Part shown: piece by piece, positions 36,454 to 45,764 of the stretch
How positions within the stretch are numbered: position 1 is the first letter of the stretch
Layout: the number at the start of each line of letters is the position of its first letter
DNA from: Chloroflexota bacterium
GTDB taxonomy: Bacteria > Chloroflexota > Dehalococcoidia > Lucifugimonadales > Australimonadaceae
NCBI GenBank assembly: GCA_002719775.1
Contig: PBEP01000014.1
Location: 1 to 58,815, forward strand
Direction of reading: 5' to 3'
Length of the DNA stretch: 58,815 nucleotides
The notes under the pieces: model-generated
The model's input: the letters and a program-made list of their open reading frames with translations, nothing else
The model's database searches: none
Told to the model about the DNA's origin: nothing
Translations under genes and position numbers: made by a program

Positions 36454-38661
36454 TCACAAATGGCTTAATTGAAGCCCATCCATATATTGCCTAGTCAATT
36501 CTCCAGTCGGTAAGTCTATAATATCTTTCAATAGAAATCGATTTCCACCCACAATGCCAATTCTAAGAATTGGTACTTCAAACTTAGCGGCAGTTGCCAA
36601 AATTTCATCACCTTTTTCAGGAGCCGCAGAAACTACAACTTGAGATTGATTCTCTCCGAATAGAGCAGCGTCCCATCGCCCGGATACCTCAAAATTCAAA
36701 TCCACGCCCAATTTGCCGAGAATAGACATCTCAGCTATTGCGATCGCAAGCCCACCTTCAGAGCAATCATGTGCGGAATTAACAAGGTGCTCTTTTGCTA
36801 ATTCCGCAAGTAGCTTTTGTAATTTCAATTCAGCTTCCAAATCAACTTCGGGGCGCCCAATTGTCATTTGGTATATGTATGCAAGGTATTCCGACCCGGA
36901 CAGCGCAGCGGAAGCACCAAATAGCTTTTCTGAACCTAACAAAAAAATATCATCCCCTGGATTCTTGAAATCGCTTGATAAGCAATCTTCCACTTTATCC
37001 AAAATACCAACCGCTCCAATAATTGGAGTTGGATGAATTGCGTCCTTTTTTGTTTCGTTGTAAAGGGAAACATTTCCACTGACAACTGGTATGCCAAATA
37101 TTCTACAAGCTTCAGCAGCACCCTTTATCGCATTTTCAAGTTGATAATAAATTTCAGGGTTCTCTGGACTGCCAAAATTTAAACAATCAGTAATAGCCAC
37201 TGGCTTCGCTCCTGAACAGGCAACATTACGGCATGCCTCCGCAACTGCAATAGCTCCACCAGCGTAAGGATCAAGATAGGTATATCGTCCATTGCCATCG
37301 GTTGCTATGGCTAGCCCTTTATCGCTATTTCGCAATCTCAAAACTGCGGCATCTGCAAGTCCTGGTTTAATTACTGTATTGGTTTGCACTTCATGGTCAT
37401 ATTGCCTATAAATTGAATGACGGCTAGCAATATTAGGAGAGCCAATCATTTTAAGAAGGAGCTGATTGGCTTGGGTTATATCTGGTTGTTCTGGTACTGC
37501 TTCTCTTTGAATCTGTTCTAGATAACTTGGCCTACTTGATGGAGGCCGATACCTTGGAGCTTCAGTGAGAGTTGAAACCGGCGCTGCTGCTACCTCCTCT
37601 TCTCCATCTAAGATTCGCGCAATACCGTCTATAGTCGATTCCCCAATAACACTAGATCCCAAATCCCATCTTGATAAAATTTCAGTAACCTGATTTAAAT
37701 TTTCAGGCCTTATGACTAAAAGCATCCTTTCTTGCGATTCTGAAAGCATCACTTCATATGCATTCATTCCTTCTTCACGTCTAGGCACTCGTGATACATC
37801 AAGGTTGAACCCTGTTTTCCCACGTTCAGCAATCTCAACAACACTGCTAGTTAAGCCTGCAGCCCCTAAATCCTGCATACCTTCAAGCAAACCAGTACGT
37901 GCAACCTCTAAGCAAGCCTCAATCAAAACCTTCTCTAAAAATGGATCTCCAACTTGTACTGTAGGTCGCATTTCTCGGTCATCAGAAAAAGTTCTAGACG
38001 CAAGGCCTGAGGCTCCATGAATACCATCTCGACCTGTTGGTGCACCTACAAGCACAAATAGCGAGCCAGGTTCTCCCGTAGTAGCTCTAACAAGGTTACC
38101 TTTTTCTAAAAGACCGATACACATCGCATTAACTAAGGGATTCCCTGAATAGGATTCGTCGAAATTTACTTCGCCTCCAACATCCGGAATGCCAGTGCAA
38201 TTACCGTATGCAGATATGCCTGATATGACTCGTTCATATAAAAATCTATTCCGAGGTTCGTTCAACGGGCCAAACCTCAAAGAATTTAGCAGCGCAATTG
38301 GCCTTGCACCCATAGCCAAAATGTCTCGAATAATTCCTCCAACTCCTGTTGCTGCACCTTGGAAAGGTTCAACAGCCGATGGGTGATTATGAGATTCCAT
38401 CTTGAAGACAACACTCATATCGTCACCGATATCAATAACTCCAGCATTTTCAGAACCGGCACCTACCTGTACGTACTCACCCTTGGTGGGGAAAAGTTCA
38501 AGCAAAAGCTTCGAATGTTTATAACCACAATGCTCACTCCACAGTGCACCAAACATTCCGAGTTCGACTTTTGAAGGTTGTCTTTTAAGCTTAGAAACAA
38601 TTAAGTCGTATTCATCACGCGTTAAAGCAATTTCTTGTAAAATTTCTTTTGAAATATTCAT
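36454..38661 (-). CDS. purL: FGAM synthase II (small PurL)
   Basis: The track ORF (810 aa) begins inside the EamA gene. The family N-terminus MNISKEILQEIALTRDEYDLIVSKL...WSEHCGYKHSK starts at ATG 38661 (ATGA overlap with the EamA stop), giving 735 aa. Also has ESHNHPS. Confidence 0.93.
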   Translation of the reverse strand: MNISKEILQEIALTRDEYDLIVSKLKRQPSKVELGMFGALWSEHCGYKHSKLLLELFPTKGEYVQVGAGSENAGVIDIGDDMSVVFKMESHNHPSAVEPFQGAATGVGGIIRDILAMGARPIALLNSLRFGPLNEPRNRFLYERVISGISAYGNCTGIPDVGGEVNFDESYSGNPLVNAMCIGLLEKGNLVRATTGEPGSLFVLVGAPTGRDGIHGASGLASRTFSDDREMRPTVQVGDPFLEKVLIEACLEVARTGLLEGMQDLGAAGLTSSVVEIAERGKTGFNLDVSRVPRREEGMNAYEVMLSESQERMLLVIRPENLNQVTEILSRWDLGSSVIGESTIDGIARILDGEEEVAAAPVSTLTEAPRYRPPSSRPSYLEQIQREAVPEQPDITQANQLLLKMIGSPNIASRHSIYRQYDHEVQTNTVIKPGLADAAVLRLRNSDKGLAIATDGNGRYTYLDPYAGGAIAVAEACRNVACSGAKPVAITDCLNFGSPENPEIYYQLENAIKGAAEACRIFGIPVVSGNVSLYNETKKDAIHPTPIIGAVGILDKVEDCLSSDFKNPGDDIFLLGSEKLFGASAALSGSEYLAYIYQMTIGRPEVDLEAELKLQKLLAELAKEHLVNSAHDCSEGGLAIAIAEMSILGKLGVDLNFEVSGRWDAALFGENQSQVVVSAAPEKGDEILATAAKFEVPILRIGIVGGNRFLLKDIIDLPTGELTRQYMDGLQLSHL

Positions 38662-39575
38662 GAAGTTACTCCGATTATTCCTACCCCTAAAACAATTAAG
38701 AATGCCCCAAGAGTAGCACGTAAAGTTATAAACTCTTGGCCACGTAGTATCAATAAAATGAAGAAATACGTCGCTAAAGGCTCTGTTCCAGCTAGAGGTG
38801 CAACTATCGAAAGTGGGGCTAATTCTAAAGCAGTGTACAGTGAGGCAACTGCTATAGCAAAAACTACACCTGCCGGCAACATCCAATAAAAACCTCTCCG
38901 GCTTATATATTGTCTATCCCAAAATTTCACGATGATCAGGCAGACGAATACAATACCAAAAACACTCTCATAAAAAGCTACAACAGACCCAGGAGTAGAA
39001 TCTCCCACAATCCCGCTGGCCAGATACCCGGCTATAGCTATTGAGATAGATGCAATTCCAGCTAAACCTATTCCAATCGTTACTCCTGAGAAGTTTACGT
39101 TCCTGAACGTAAGCAAGCCTCCCTTTTCTATTTTTTGAATCCTCTCTTTATCAGTTACTAAAATGACTACACCAAACACTATAACTAAAGCACCAGTAAG
39201 TGCTAATAGCTGAGGCTGTTCCCCTCTCAACGTCAGAGCCAAACCAATTGAAAAGATGGGGCTAGCTCCTAAAATAGGAGATGCAAATCCTGCTCCAGCT
39301 AACTTCATAGCTGTTAAGAAACTACCTGCAGCTGATGTCACCAACAATCCCAAAATGCAAGTTACAAAGTACACTGATTTAGGCTGGTCTAATATCTCTA
39401 TGCCAAAAAATAAGATACAGAAAAAACCCAATACACTAATGCCAACCACCAAACTAATCAGTGTAGCTACAAATGGAGAAACCCACTCTAATGCTTTTCT
39501 AATTAATACAGTTCCAAGGCCAAAGCCTGCTGCGGCTAATAATGAAAGTGCAATCCCGCTATACAACCCTGTCAC
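38658..39575 (-). CDS. EamA/DMT-family transporter
   Basis: 305 aa with about 10 TM helices in two repeats. It overlaps the purQ 3' end by 17 nt and the purL start by 4 nt. Confidence 0.8.
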   Translation of the reverse strand: MTGLYSGIALSLLAAAGFGLGTVLIRKALEWVSPFVATLISLVVGISVLGFFCILFFGIEILDQPKSVYFVTCILGLLVTSAAGSFLTAMKLAGAGFASPILGASPIFSIGLALTLRGEQPQLLALTGALVIVFGVVILVTDKERIQKIEKGGLLTFRNVNFSGVTIGIGLAGIASISIAIAGYLASGIVGDSTPGSVVAFYESVFGIVFVCLIIVKFWDRQYISRRGFYWMLPAGVVFAIAVASLYTALELAPLSIVAPLAGTEPLATYFFILLILRGQEFITLRATLGAFLIVLGVGIIGVTS

Positions 39576-40302
39576 TAAAAGTTGTAGCTGTAATATTACT
39601 AATAATAGATTGGATCATTCTCAAGCCATCCACTCCTCCTAATTTCAATTCAACAACCCTTTCAGGGTGAGGCATGAGTCCAAAAACATTTCCATCTAAA
39701 TTTGTAACACCTGCAATATTCGCGACAGATCCGTTGGGGTTTGATTTTTTTGTAATATCACCTTTATTATCACAGTATCTAAGTAAAATCTGATTTTTAT
39801 CCTCCATCTGTTTCAATTCATTTTGTGAGACATAATAATTACCATCACCATGAGAGATAGGGATTGAAATTATTTCATTTTCAACAAAAGTTGAGGTGAA
39901 TGGCGAAGAAGATTTTTCGACTTTCAAAAACTGCTCTTGGCATCTAAATTCCAAATGTTCATTACGCATTAGAGTCCCAGGTAGTAATCCTGCTTCACAT
40001 AAAATCTGAAAACCATTGCATGAACCTATTACAATTCCTCCATTGGCGGCGTATTTTTTGACCGACTGCATTACTGGGGAGAAGTGAGCTATTGCCCCTG
40101 GCCTTAGGTAATCTCCGAAAGAAAAGCCACCCGGGATGACTATGCAATCATAATCTGAAAGATCAGTTTGTTTGTGAAAGACCGGGTTTGCCCTAGAACC
40201 AGCGATATCGACAATGGCGTATTCCCAATCACTATCGCTCCAAGTGCCTGGGAATACCAGAACTCCGAAATTAATCGACACTTCCAGGCCCTTTTTCTCC
40301 AA
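39559..40302 (-). CDS. purQ: FGAM synthase I (glutaminase PurQ)
   Basis: 247 aa with the GSCNGFQIL catalytic Cys and MPHPER. The start is ATG 40302 or GTG 40281; both overlap the yqeY 3' end. Confidence 0.92.
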   Translation of the reverse strand: MEKKGLEVSINFGVLVFPGTWSDSDWEYAIVDIAGSRANPVFHKQTDLSDYDCIVIPGGFSFGDYLRPGAIAHFSPVMQSVKKYAANGGIVIGSCNGFQILCEAGLLPGTLMRNEHLEFRCQEQFLKVEKSSSPFTSTFVENEIISIPISHGDGNYYVSQNELKQMEDKNQILLRYCDNKGDITKKSNPNGSVANIAGVTNLDGNVFGLMPHPERVVELKLGGVDGLRMIQSIISNITATTFSDRVV

Positions 40303-40747
40303 TAGATTCTAAAATTTCGACTACTACGGAATTAACTAAAGAACCTTCAGCTTTTCCTTTAACACGTGGCATAAGAGCGCCCATGACCTTACCTCTGTCA
40401 TTCATTCCTGAAGCACCCAAGTCCTCTGCGATACTTTTTGCGATTTCGAAGACTGTTTCTCTATCTAATTGTTCGGGAAGGTATCCCAAAATAATTTCAA
40501 GTTGGGCTTTTTCTTTTTCTACTAGGTCTTGCCTCCCAGCATTATCATAAGCCTCTATGCTTTCTTTATATTGTCTCGCCATCCTCGACAATACACCTAT
40601 CACTACATCATCACTCGCTATTTCACCATTCGCTTTTTCCTCATATTGAACGGCAGAACGAATGAGCCTAACTGTATTTTTCATTACATCATTTTTGGAT
40701 TTCATCGCTAAGCGCATATCATTTAATAGTTGATCCTGAATCGTCAC
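40271..40747 (-). CDS. yqeY: GatB/YqeY-domain protein
   Basis: 158 aa. LNDMRLAMKSKNDVMKNTVRLIRSAV and a C-terminal GKAEGSLVNSVV match the YqeY pattern. Confidence 0.8.
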   Translation of the reverse strand: MTIQDQLLNDMRLAMKSKNDVMKNTVRLIRSAVQYEEKANGEIASDDVVIGVLSRMARQYKESIEAYDNAGRQDLVEKEKAQLEIILGYLPEQLDRETVFEIAKSIAEDLGASGMNDRGKVMGALMPRVKGKAEGSLVNSVVVEILESIGEKGPGSVD

Positions 40748-40757
40748 TAACCACCCC

Positions 40758-41231
40758 TTAATCTATATCTATTTCTTGGAACAAAATTGCCATTTTTACA
40801 GCAGCTAAAGAAGCCTCAGCTCCTTTATTACCTTGAATCCCTCCAGAGCGATCCAGAGCCTGTTCGGTATTTTCAGTTGTTAAGATACCAAGGGAAATTG
40901 GTATTCCAGTTGACATGGCAGCTTCCGTAATCCCTCTACTTGATTCATGCGCTACGATTTCGTAATGGCTTGTTTCTCCTCGAATAACGCATCCTAGTGC
41001 AACCAAAGCGTCCCATGTACCAGTTTTGGCCATACGTAAAGCAGCCTGCGGAATTTCGTAGGCACCAGCAACTCTCTTTATGTCGATATTCTCGCTTCGG
41101 ATACCAGCTTCCAAGAGAGCGTCCCTAGCTCCTTCTAAGAGCCTTGATGTAATTGTTTCATTAAACTCAGAAACAATAATACCGATTCTCATTTTGGAAT
41201 GATCTTTTACAGATAATCTTTGAAATTCCAT
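40758..41231 (-). CDS. ribH: 6,7-dimethyl-8-ribityllumazine synthase
   Basis: 157 aa with RIGIIVSEFNETIT, VAGAYEIP and GCVIRGETSHYE. Confidence 0.95.
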   Translation of the reverse strand: MEFQRLSVKDHSKMRIGIIVSEFNETITSRLLEGARDALLEAGIRSENIDIKRVAGAYEIPQAALRMAKTGTWDALVALGCVIRGETSHYEIVAHESSRGITEAAMSTGIPISLGILTTENTEQALDRSGGIQGNKGAEASLAAVKMAILFQEIDID

Positions 41232-41281
41232 TACACCATTCTAACGATTCGGATTTGAGTAGCCAACGTGAATATAGGGTC

Positions 41282-42505
41282 TTAGCTATTCGTTTCTGAA
41301 GCTGCTGAATCCAAGGGTCCCAGCAAATGACCTAATTTGTCCCGCTTGGTTTCAAGGTAGCGTAAATTTTGCGCAACTGGTTCAGTAAGTATCGGAATTC
41401 TTTCTACAATCTCTAAACCGTAACTGTCCAAACCAACAACCTTCTTGGGATTATTAGTCATCAATTTCATTTTCGAAACGCCCAAATCTCTTAAAATCTG
41501 TGCCCCAATTCCATAGTGACGGAGATCAGGTGGAAACCCTAAGCTTTCATTGGCCTCGACGGTATCGGCTCCGTCATCTTGTAAAGCATAGGCTTTAATC
41601 TTATTGTGGATTCCTATGCCTCTACCCTCTTGTCGCATATAAAGAAAGACACCGTTGCCTTTGCTTCCAATCAAATCAAGCGCCTTGGTAAGCTGTGTAC
41701 CGCAATCACATCTCAAGCTCCCGAATACGTCACCAGTTAGACATTCACTATGCACCCGGACAAGCGGGGGTTCCTTGCTAATTTCACCAAAAACTATAGC
41801 TACGTGTTCATCTTTATCAACAGCTGATCGATAAGTCATAACAACTGCATCACCATGTACTGTAGGTAACTTTGCCTCAGCAACACGTTCAACCATTTTC
41901 TCATTAGCCAACCTGTAAGCAATAATGTCAGCTACGCTGATAATTAGAAGGTCATTCTCCTTAGCGAAAACTTCCAGCTCTGGACGGCGCGCCATAGTTC
42001 CATCTTCGCTGAGGATCTCGCATAGTACAGCTGCGGGTTTAAATCCAGCCAAGCGAGCCAAATCTACTGAAGCCTCAGTCTGGCCTGCGCGTACTAATAC
42101 ACCTCCCTCTTGTGCTGCAAGTGGGAACATATGCCCAGGACGTGCAAGATCTTCTGGCACAGTTTGTTCATCAACCAGAGCACGCACTGTCTCATATCGA
42201 TCAAAAGCAGAAATTCCAGTTGAGCCATTGTTGATATCCACAGAAACTGTAAAAGCTGTAGCATGTCGAGAAGTGTTGCGCGCTACCATCATTTCAAGTT
42301 CTAGTGAACGAAGCCTCTGTTCGGTTAGGGGAACACATATAAGACCACGACCGTATTTGGACATGAAATTGATTGCCTCAGGTGTGATCATTTCGGCAGC
42401 TATTACTAAGTCGCCCTCATTTTCCCTGTCTTCATCATCTACGATGATTACAAATTTTCCGTCTTTAATTTCCTTAACGCCCTGTTCAACGGAAGATAGT
42501 TGCAC
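41282..42505 (-). CDS. ribBA: Bifunctional DHBP synthase / GTP cyclohydrolase II
   Basis: 407 aa with a GTG start (TAGTG overlap with ribE). Motifs: DRENEGDL, HSECLTGDVFGSLRCDCG and DLRHYGIGAQIL. Confidence 0.95.
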   Translation of the reverse strand: MQLSSVEQGVKEIKDGKFVIIVDDEDRENEGDLVIAAEMITPEAINFMSKYGRGLICVPLTEQRLRSLELEMMVARNTSRHATAFTVSVDINNGSTGISAFDRYETVRALVDEQTVPEDLARPGHMFPLAAQEGGVLVRAGQTEASVDLARLAGFKPAAVLCEILSEDGTMARRPELEVFAKENDLLIISVADIIAYRLANEKMVERVAEAKLPTVHGDAVVMTYRSAVDKDEHVAIVFGEISKEPPLVRVHSECLTGDVFGSLRCDCGTQLTKALDLIGSKGNGVFLYMRQEGRGIGIHNKIKAYALQDDGADTVEANESLGFPPDLRHYGIGAQILRDLGVSKMKLMTNNPKKVVGLDSYGLEIVERIPILTEPVAQNLRYLETKRDKLGHLLGPLDSAASETNS

Positions 42506-43092
42506 TATATGCCCCTCTTTTTATCTATTATTCGTTCAATATATTTGGCCATGATGTCTACTTCCAGATTAACATGATCACCCACTGTAATCGAACCAAG
42601 ATTCGTGTTTTCAGCTGAGAATGGAATAAGTGTGAAACTAAAATCATCGCCATCAGCTGAAACAATGGTAAGGCTAACACCATTTACAGAAATAAAGCCT
42701 TTTCGAACAATATAAGGCAATAAATTTTCTGGGGCTTTTATACTAATTATTCTATCAACTGACTTTCCAGAAATTTTCATCACCTTACCAACATCATCCA
42801 CATGGCCTTGAACGTAGTGTCCGCCTAGGCGGCTTACAGGTGTAAGTGCCCTTTCTAGGTTTACTCTGTCACCCTGAATCAATAAATCCAAATTGGTTTT
42901 TTTCAGAGTCTCATCAGCAAGGTCTACAGAGAAAGCACAGTCTGTTTTCTCAACAACAGTTAAACAAACGCCACTCACGTTAATGCTGTCACCTAACTTT
43001 ACATCGGAGAAATTTTCTGAAGCCTGAATCACCATTGAATTCTTCAATTTGCTAAAAACAAAACCGACTTCTTCTACAATTCCTGTAAACAT
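42505..43092 (-). CDS. ribE: Riboflavin synthase alpha chain
   Basis: 195 aa starting MFTGIVEEVG, with a duplicated lumazine-binding half (GDSINVSGVCLTV / GFISVNGVSLTI). Confidence 0.95.
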   Translation of the reverse strand: MFTGIVEEVGFVFSKLKNSMVIQASENFSDVKLGDSINVSGVCLTVVEKTDCAFSVDLADETLKKTNLDLLIQGDRVNLERALTPVSRLGGHYVQGHVDDVGKVMKISGKSVDRIISIKAPENLLPYIVRKGFISVNGVSLTIVSADGDDFSFTLIPFSAENTNLGSITVGDHVNLEVDIMAKYIERIIDKKRGI

Positions 43093-43096
43093 AGAG

Positions 43097-44200
43097 TTAC
43101 TTTTTTATATATCCAGTGACTAGAAAATCGTTACCTATTGTCTCGTATTTAAGTTTTGTCATGGTAGTGGCCTCTGATAAATCCTTAGGCCCTAAACCAC
43201 CTACAGGTGACTTTGCACCGCTACCTCCGATAACCAGAGGTGCTATAAAAGCATACACCTTGTCAACCATTTTACAGTTAAAAAGTGATCCGAGAAGGGA
43301 GGAACCTCCTTCTGCTAATACTGATGTAAAACCCTCTGCTGCAAGAAAATTTGCTACTGCATAGAGATCCACGCCCTCGTTTACCCGAGGAAATTCAAAA
43401 ACATCTGCTCCTTGATTTTGTAAGGATCGCTTAGTAGAAGAATTAATTTCTGAGCTTGCTACAATCGTCCTACCTGCTTGTTTTAGCATCCTTGAATTAG
43501 TGGGGAGCCGGCCAAAAGTGTCCACGATTAAACGCAATGGTTGCTTTGAATCTAAGTTCTTACTAGTTCGTGCAGTAAGAAGTGGGTTGTCTGCTATAGC
43601 AGTACCTACGCCAATCATGATCACATCAGATTGTGAACGGATAACGTGACTCCTTTTCCTAGACTCTTCAGAAGTTATCCATTTGGAAGATCCTGTCCTG
43701 GTAGCAATTTTCCCATCTAAACTCATTGCAAACTTAGCTGAAAAAAAAGGTTGTTGGGTCATTGTGAACTTAGTAAAACTCTCAATTATCTCTTCAGCTT
43801 CTTCGGATCCGTCTCCTATTTTTACATCAATTCCTTCAGATTTTAGAAATTCTATCCCTTTACCATTTGTCCTTGGGTCTGGGTCAATCGTAGCAACAAA
43901 TGCCGAATGAATTCCTGCAGCAATCAAAGCTTCCATACAAGGAGGAGTTTTCCCATAATGTGCACATGGTTCGAGAGAAACATAAAGCGTAGCCCCAGCC
44001 GCTAAATCCCCAGCAGAATTAATTGCCATTACTTCTGCGTGAGGCCCTCCAGGAGGTTGCGTGACTCCTTCTCCGACGATTCGACCATCCTTAACTAAAA
44101 CTGCCCCTACGGAAGGATTAGGGCTCACTTTGCCCAAACTTGATCGAGCTAATTCCAGCGCCCTTGTCATAAAAATAGAATTGCCGATAACTTTATCCAT
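43097..44200 (-). CDS. ribD: Bifunctional riboflavin deaminase/reductase
   Basis: 367 aa with the zinc site HAEV...LEPCAHYGKTPPC and a C-terminal reductase domain. Confidence 0.94.
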   Translation of the reverse strand: MDKVIGNSIFMTRALELARSSLGKVSPNPSVGAVLVKDGRIVGEGVTQPPGGPHAEVMAINSAGDLAAGATLYVSLEPCAHYGKTPPCMEALIAAGIHSAFVATIDPDPRTNGKGIEFLKSEGIDVKIGDGSEEAEEIIESFTKFTMTQQPFFSAKFAMSLDGKIATRTGSSKWITSEESRKRSHVIRSQSDVIMIGVGTAIADNPLLTARTSKNLDSKQPLRLIVDTFGRLPTNSRMLKQAGRTIVASSEINSSTKRSLQNQGADVFEFPRVNEGVDLYAVANFLAAEGFTSVLAEGGSSLLGSLFNCKMVDKVYAFIAPLVIGGSGAKSPVGGLGPKDLSEATTMTKLKYETIGNDFLVTGYIKK

Positions 44201-44248
44201 TATTTAAGTATGACGCTATCTTGGGTTTACTGCCAGTTTTAGGTGAAT

Positions 44249-45763
44249 CTAGATAATGCTTAAAGAAGCTTCTCCAACCAGATCTAACAAAGGTTGCGGC
44301 AGAATCCCTAAAATTAAGGTTGCACCTGCAGTTATTACTAGCACCAATGATGAACTCAGAGCTATTCTCCAATTACCTCCGCTAATTGATGGCGATCTTA
44401 GATACATGATCTTAATTATGTTGAGATAGTAATATGCTGAAATAGCGCTATTTATAACTCCAATAATTGCCAACCAGGATAAATTTGCGTTTACAGCCGC
44501 ATTGAATATAAAAAACTTGCCCATAAACCCCACGGTTGGAGGGACTCCAACAAGCGCTAAAAGCGATACGCTTAATACTCCTGCTAAAAGGGGAGAGGAT
44601 GCTCCTAAACCTTCTAAACTTTTGATTTCAGAAGTCTGGTTCCTGTATACGGTTAGAATTACTACAGAAAAAGCAGCAACGTTCATAGCAGCATAGCCAG
44701 TCAAATAAAATAGAACGCTCTCGGGACCCAGTTCGTAGCTGATTTGCTTTCCTCCAAAATCAGCAAACGACGCAACTCCTACTAAAACGTAACCAGCTTG
44801 GGCTATAGCACTATATGCTAGTAATCTTTTCAGATCTTTTTGGACGATCGCTACTAAATTACCTATGGACATCGTAATTGCTGCGAGTATAGCTAGCAAT
44901 AAAGACCAGTCATCGGAAATCATTTCATGGTTTAAAACCGTATATAGCACCCTTAGTAATAAAGCAAACCCGGCAGCCTTACTGGCGACTGATAGCATTG
45001 CTCCAACTGTCGTAGGAGCACCTTCATATACGTCTGGTGTCCACATTTGAAAAGGAACAATTGATAATTTAAATCCTAGTCCAGAGACCGATAAAATTGT
45101 TGCTATCAATATTGGGATACTCCCGAAAGGAATATCATTATCTAGAGAAACTAACATTTCAGAAATTGTTGGATTTGAACTATCCAAAGATAGAACTTGT
45201 AAAGTGCCAGAAGCTCCATAGAAAAAAGCAAATCCATATAGAAGTAAAGCTGAAGAAATAGCAGACAAGACCAAGAATTTAAGGCCAGACTCACCAGATT
45301 TTCCTTCATGCGTTGAAAACGCCGCCAATACAACTATAGGAAGAGAAGCAAGCTCAATCGCAACAAAAATTGTTATTAAATCAGCAGCTGATGGGAGGAG
45401 CATCAAGCCAACTGAAGAAAGCATCGCTAAGCCTACAAATTCAGCCCTCTGATTAAATTCAGTGAATGAACTCTTAGAAACTAAAATGATTAATGCTATT
45501 GCAGTTAGGATTAAACATTTGAAAAAGATCGCGTAATGGTCCGCAATTAATGAGTCATTCATGAACATTTCTGGGCCATTAGATTCAACACGAAGCCACA
45601 AAAATACCGACAAACAAATAGATACCGCCGTTGCTAATAAGAACGTATAGACAGAAATGGAAGAGTTAGGCCATTTCAATCCAGAGAAAATTACCACCAA
45701 CGCAAAGACGACCATTGCTATTTCTGGGGAAAGTAACGCTATATCTAAACCGCTTAATCCCAT
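44249..45763 (-). CDS. nuoN: NADH-quinone oxidoreductase-type complex, subunit N
   Basis: The ORF opens at 45784, but ATG 45763 lies 1 nt after the nuoM stop. It has 14 TM helices and QMWTPDVYEGAPTTV. Confidence 0.9.
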   Translation of the reverse strand: MGLSGLDIALLSPEIAMVVFALVVIFSGLKWPNSSISVYTFLLATAVSICLSVFLWLRVESNGPEMFMNDSLIADHYAIFFKCLILTAIALIILVSKSSFTEFNQRAEFVGLAMLSSVGLMLLPSAADLITIFVAIELASLPIVVLAAFSTHEGKSGESGLKFLVLSAISSALLLYGFAFFYGASGTLQVLSLDSSNPTISEMLVSLDNDIPFGSIPILIATILSVSGLGFKLSIVPFQMWTPDVYEGAPTTVGAMLSVASKAAGFALLLRVLYTVLNHEMISDDWSLLLAILAAITMSIGNLVAIVQKDLKRLLAYSAIAQAGYVLVGVASFADFGGKQISYELGPESVLFYLTGYAAMNVAAFSVVILTVYRNQTSEIKSLEGLGASSPLLAGVLSVSLLALVGVPPTVGFMGKFFIFNAAVNANLSWLAIIGVINSAISAYYYLNIIKIMYLRSPSISGGNWRIALSSSLVLVITAGATLILGILPQPLLDLVGEASLSII

Positions 45764-45764
45764 G

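Noticed and set aside
36268-36468. 66-aa plus-strand ORF filling the purL-rplI spacer
   Set aside because: It overlaps both flanking genes' ends, has no SD, and lies opposite to a 29-kb unidirectional array. The region more likely holds the rplI promoter. It cannot be excluded as a small protein without expression data.
38662-38886. N-terminal 75 codons of the 810-aa purL track ORF
   Set aside because: They lie entirely inside the EamA gene in another frame, with Cys/Phe-rich non-protein-like sequence. The conserved PurL N-terminus begins at ATG 38661.
41925-42554. 209-aa plus-strand ORF
   Set aside because: It is antisense to ribBA, whose assignment is unambiguous. Its Ser/Arg/Ala-rich composition is typical of an antisense shadow ORF.
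44201-44248. Looked for an FMN riboswitch upstream of ribD
   Set aside because: Only 48 nt of spacer is available and it has no RFN-like conserved stems, so nothing can be called.
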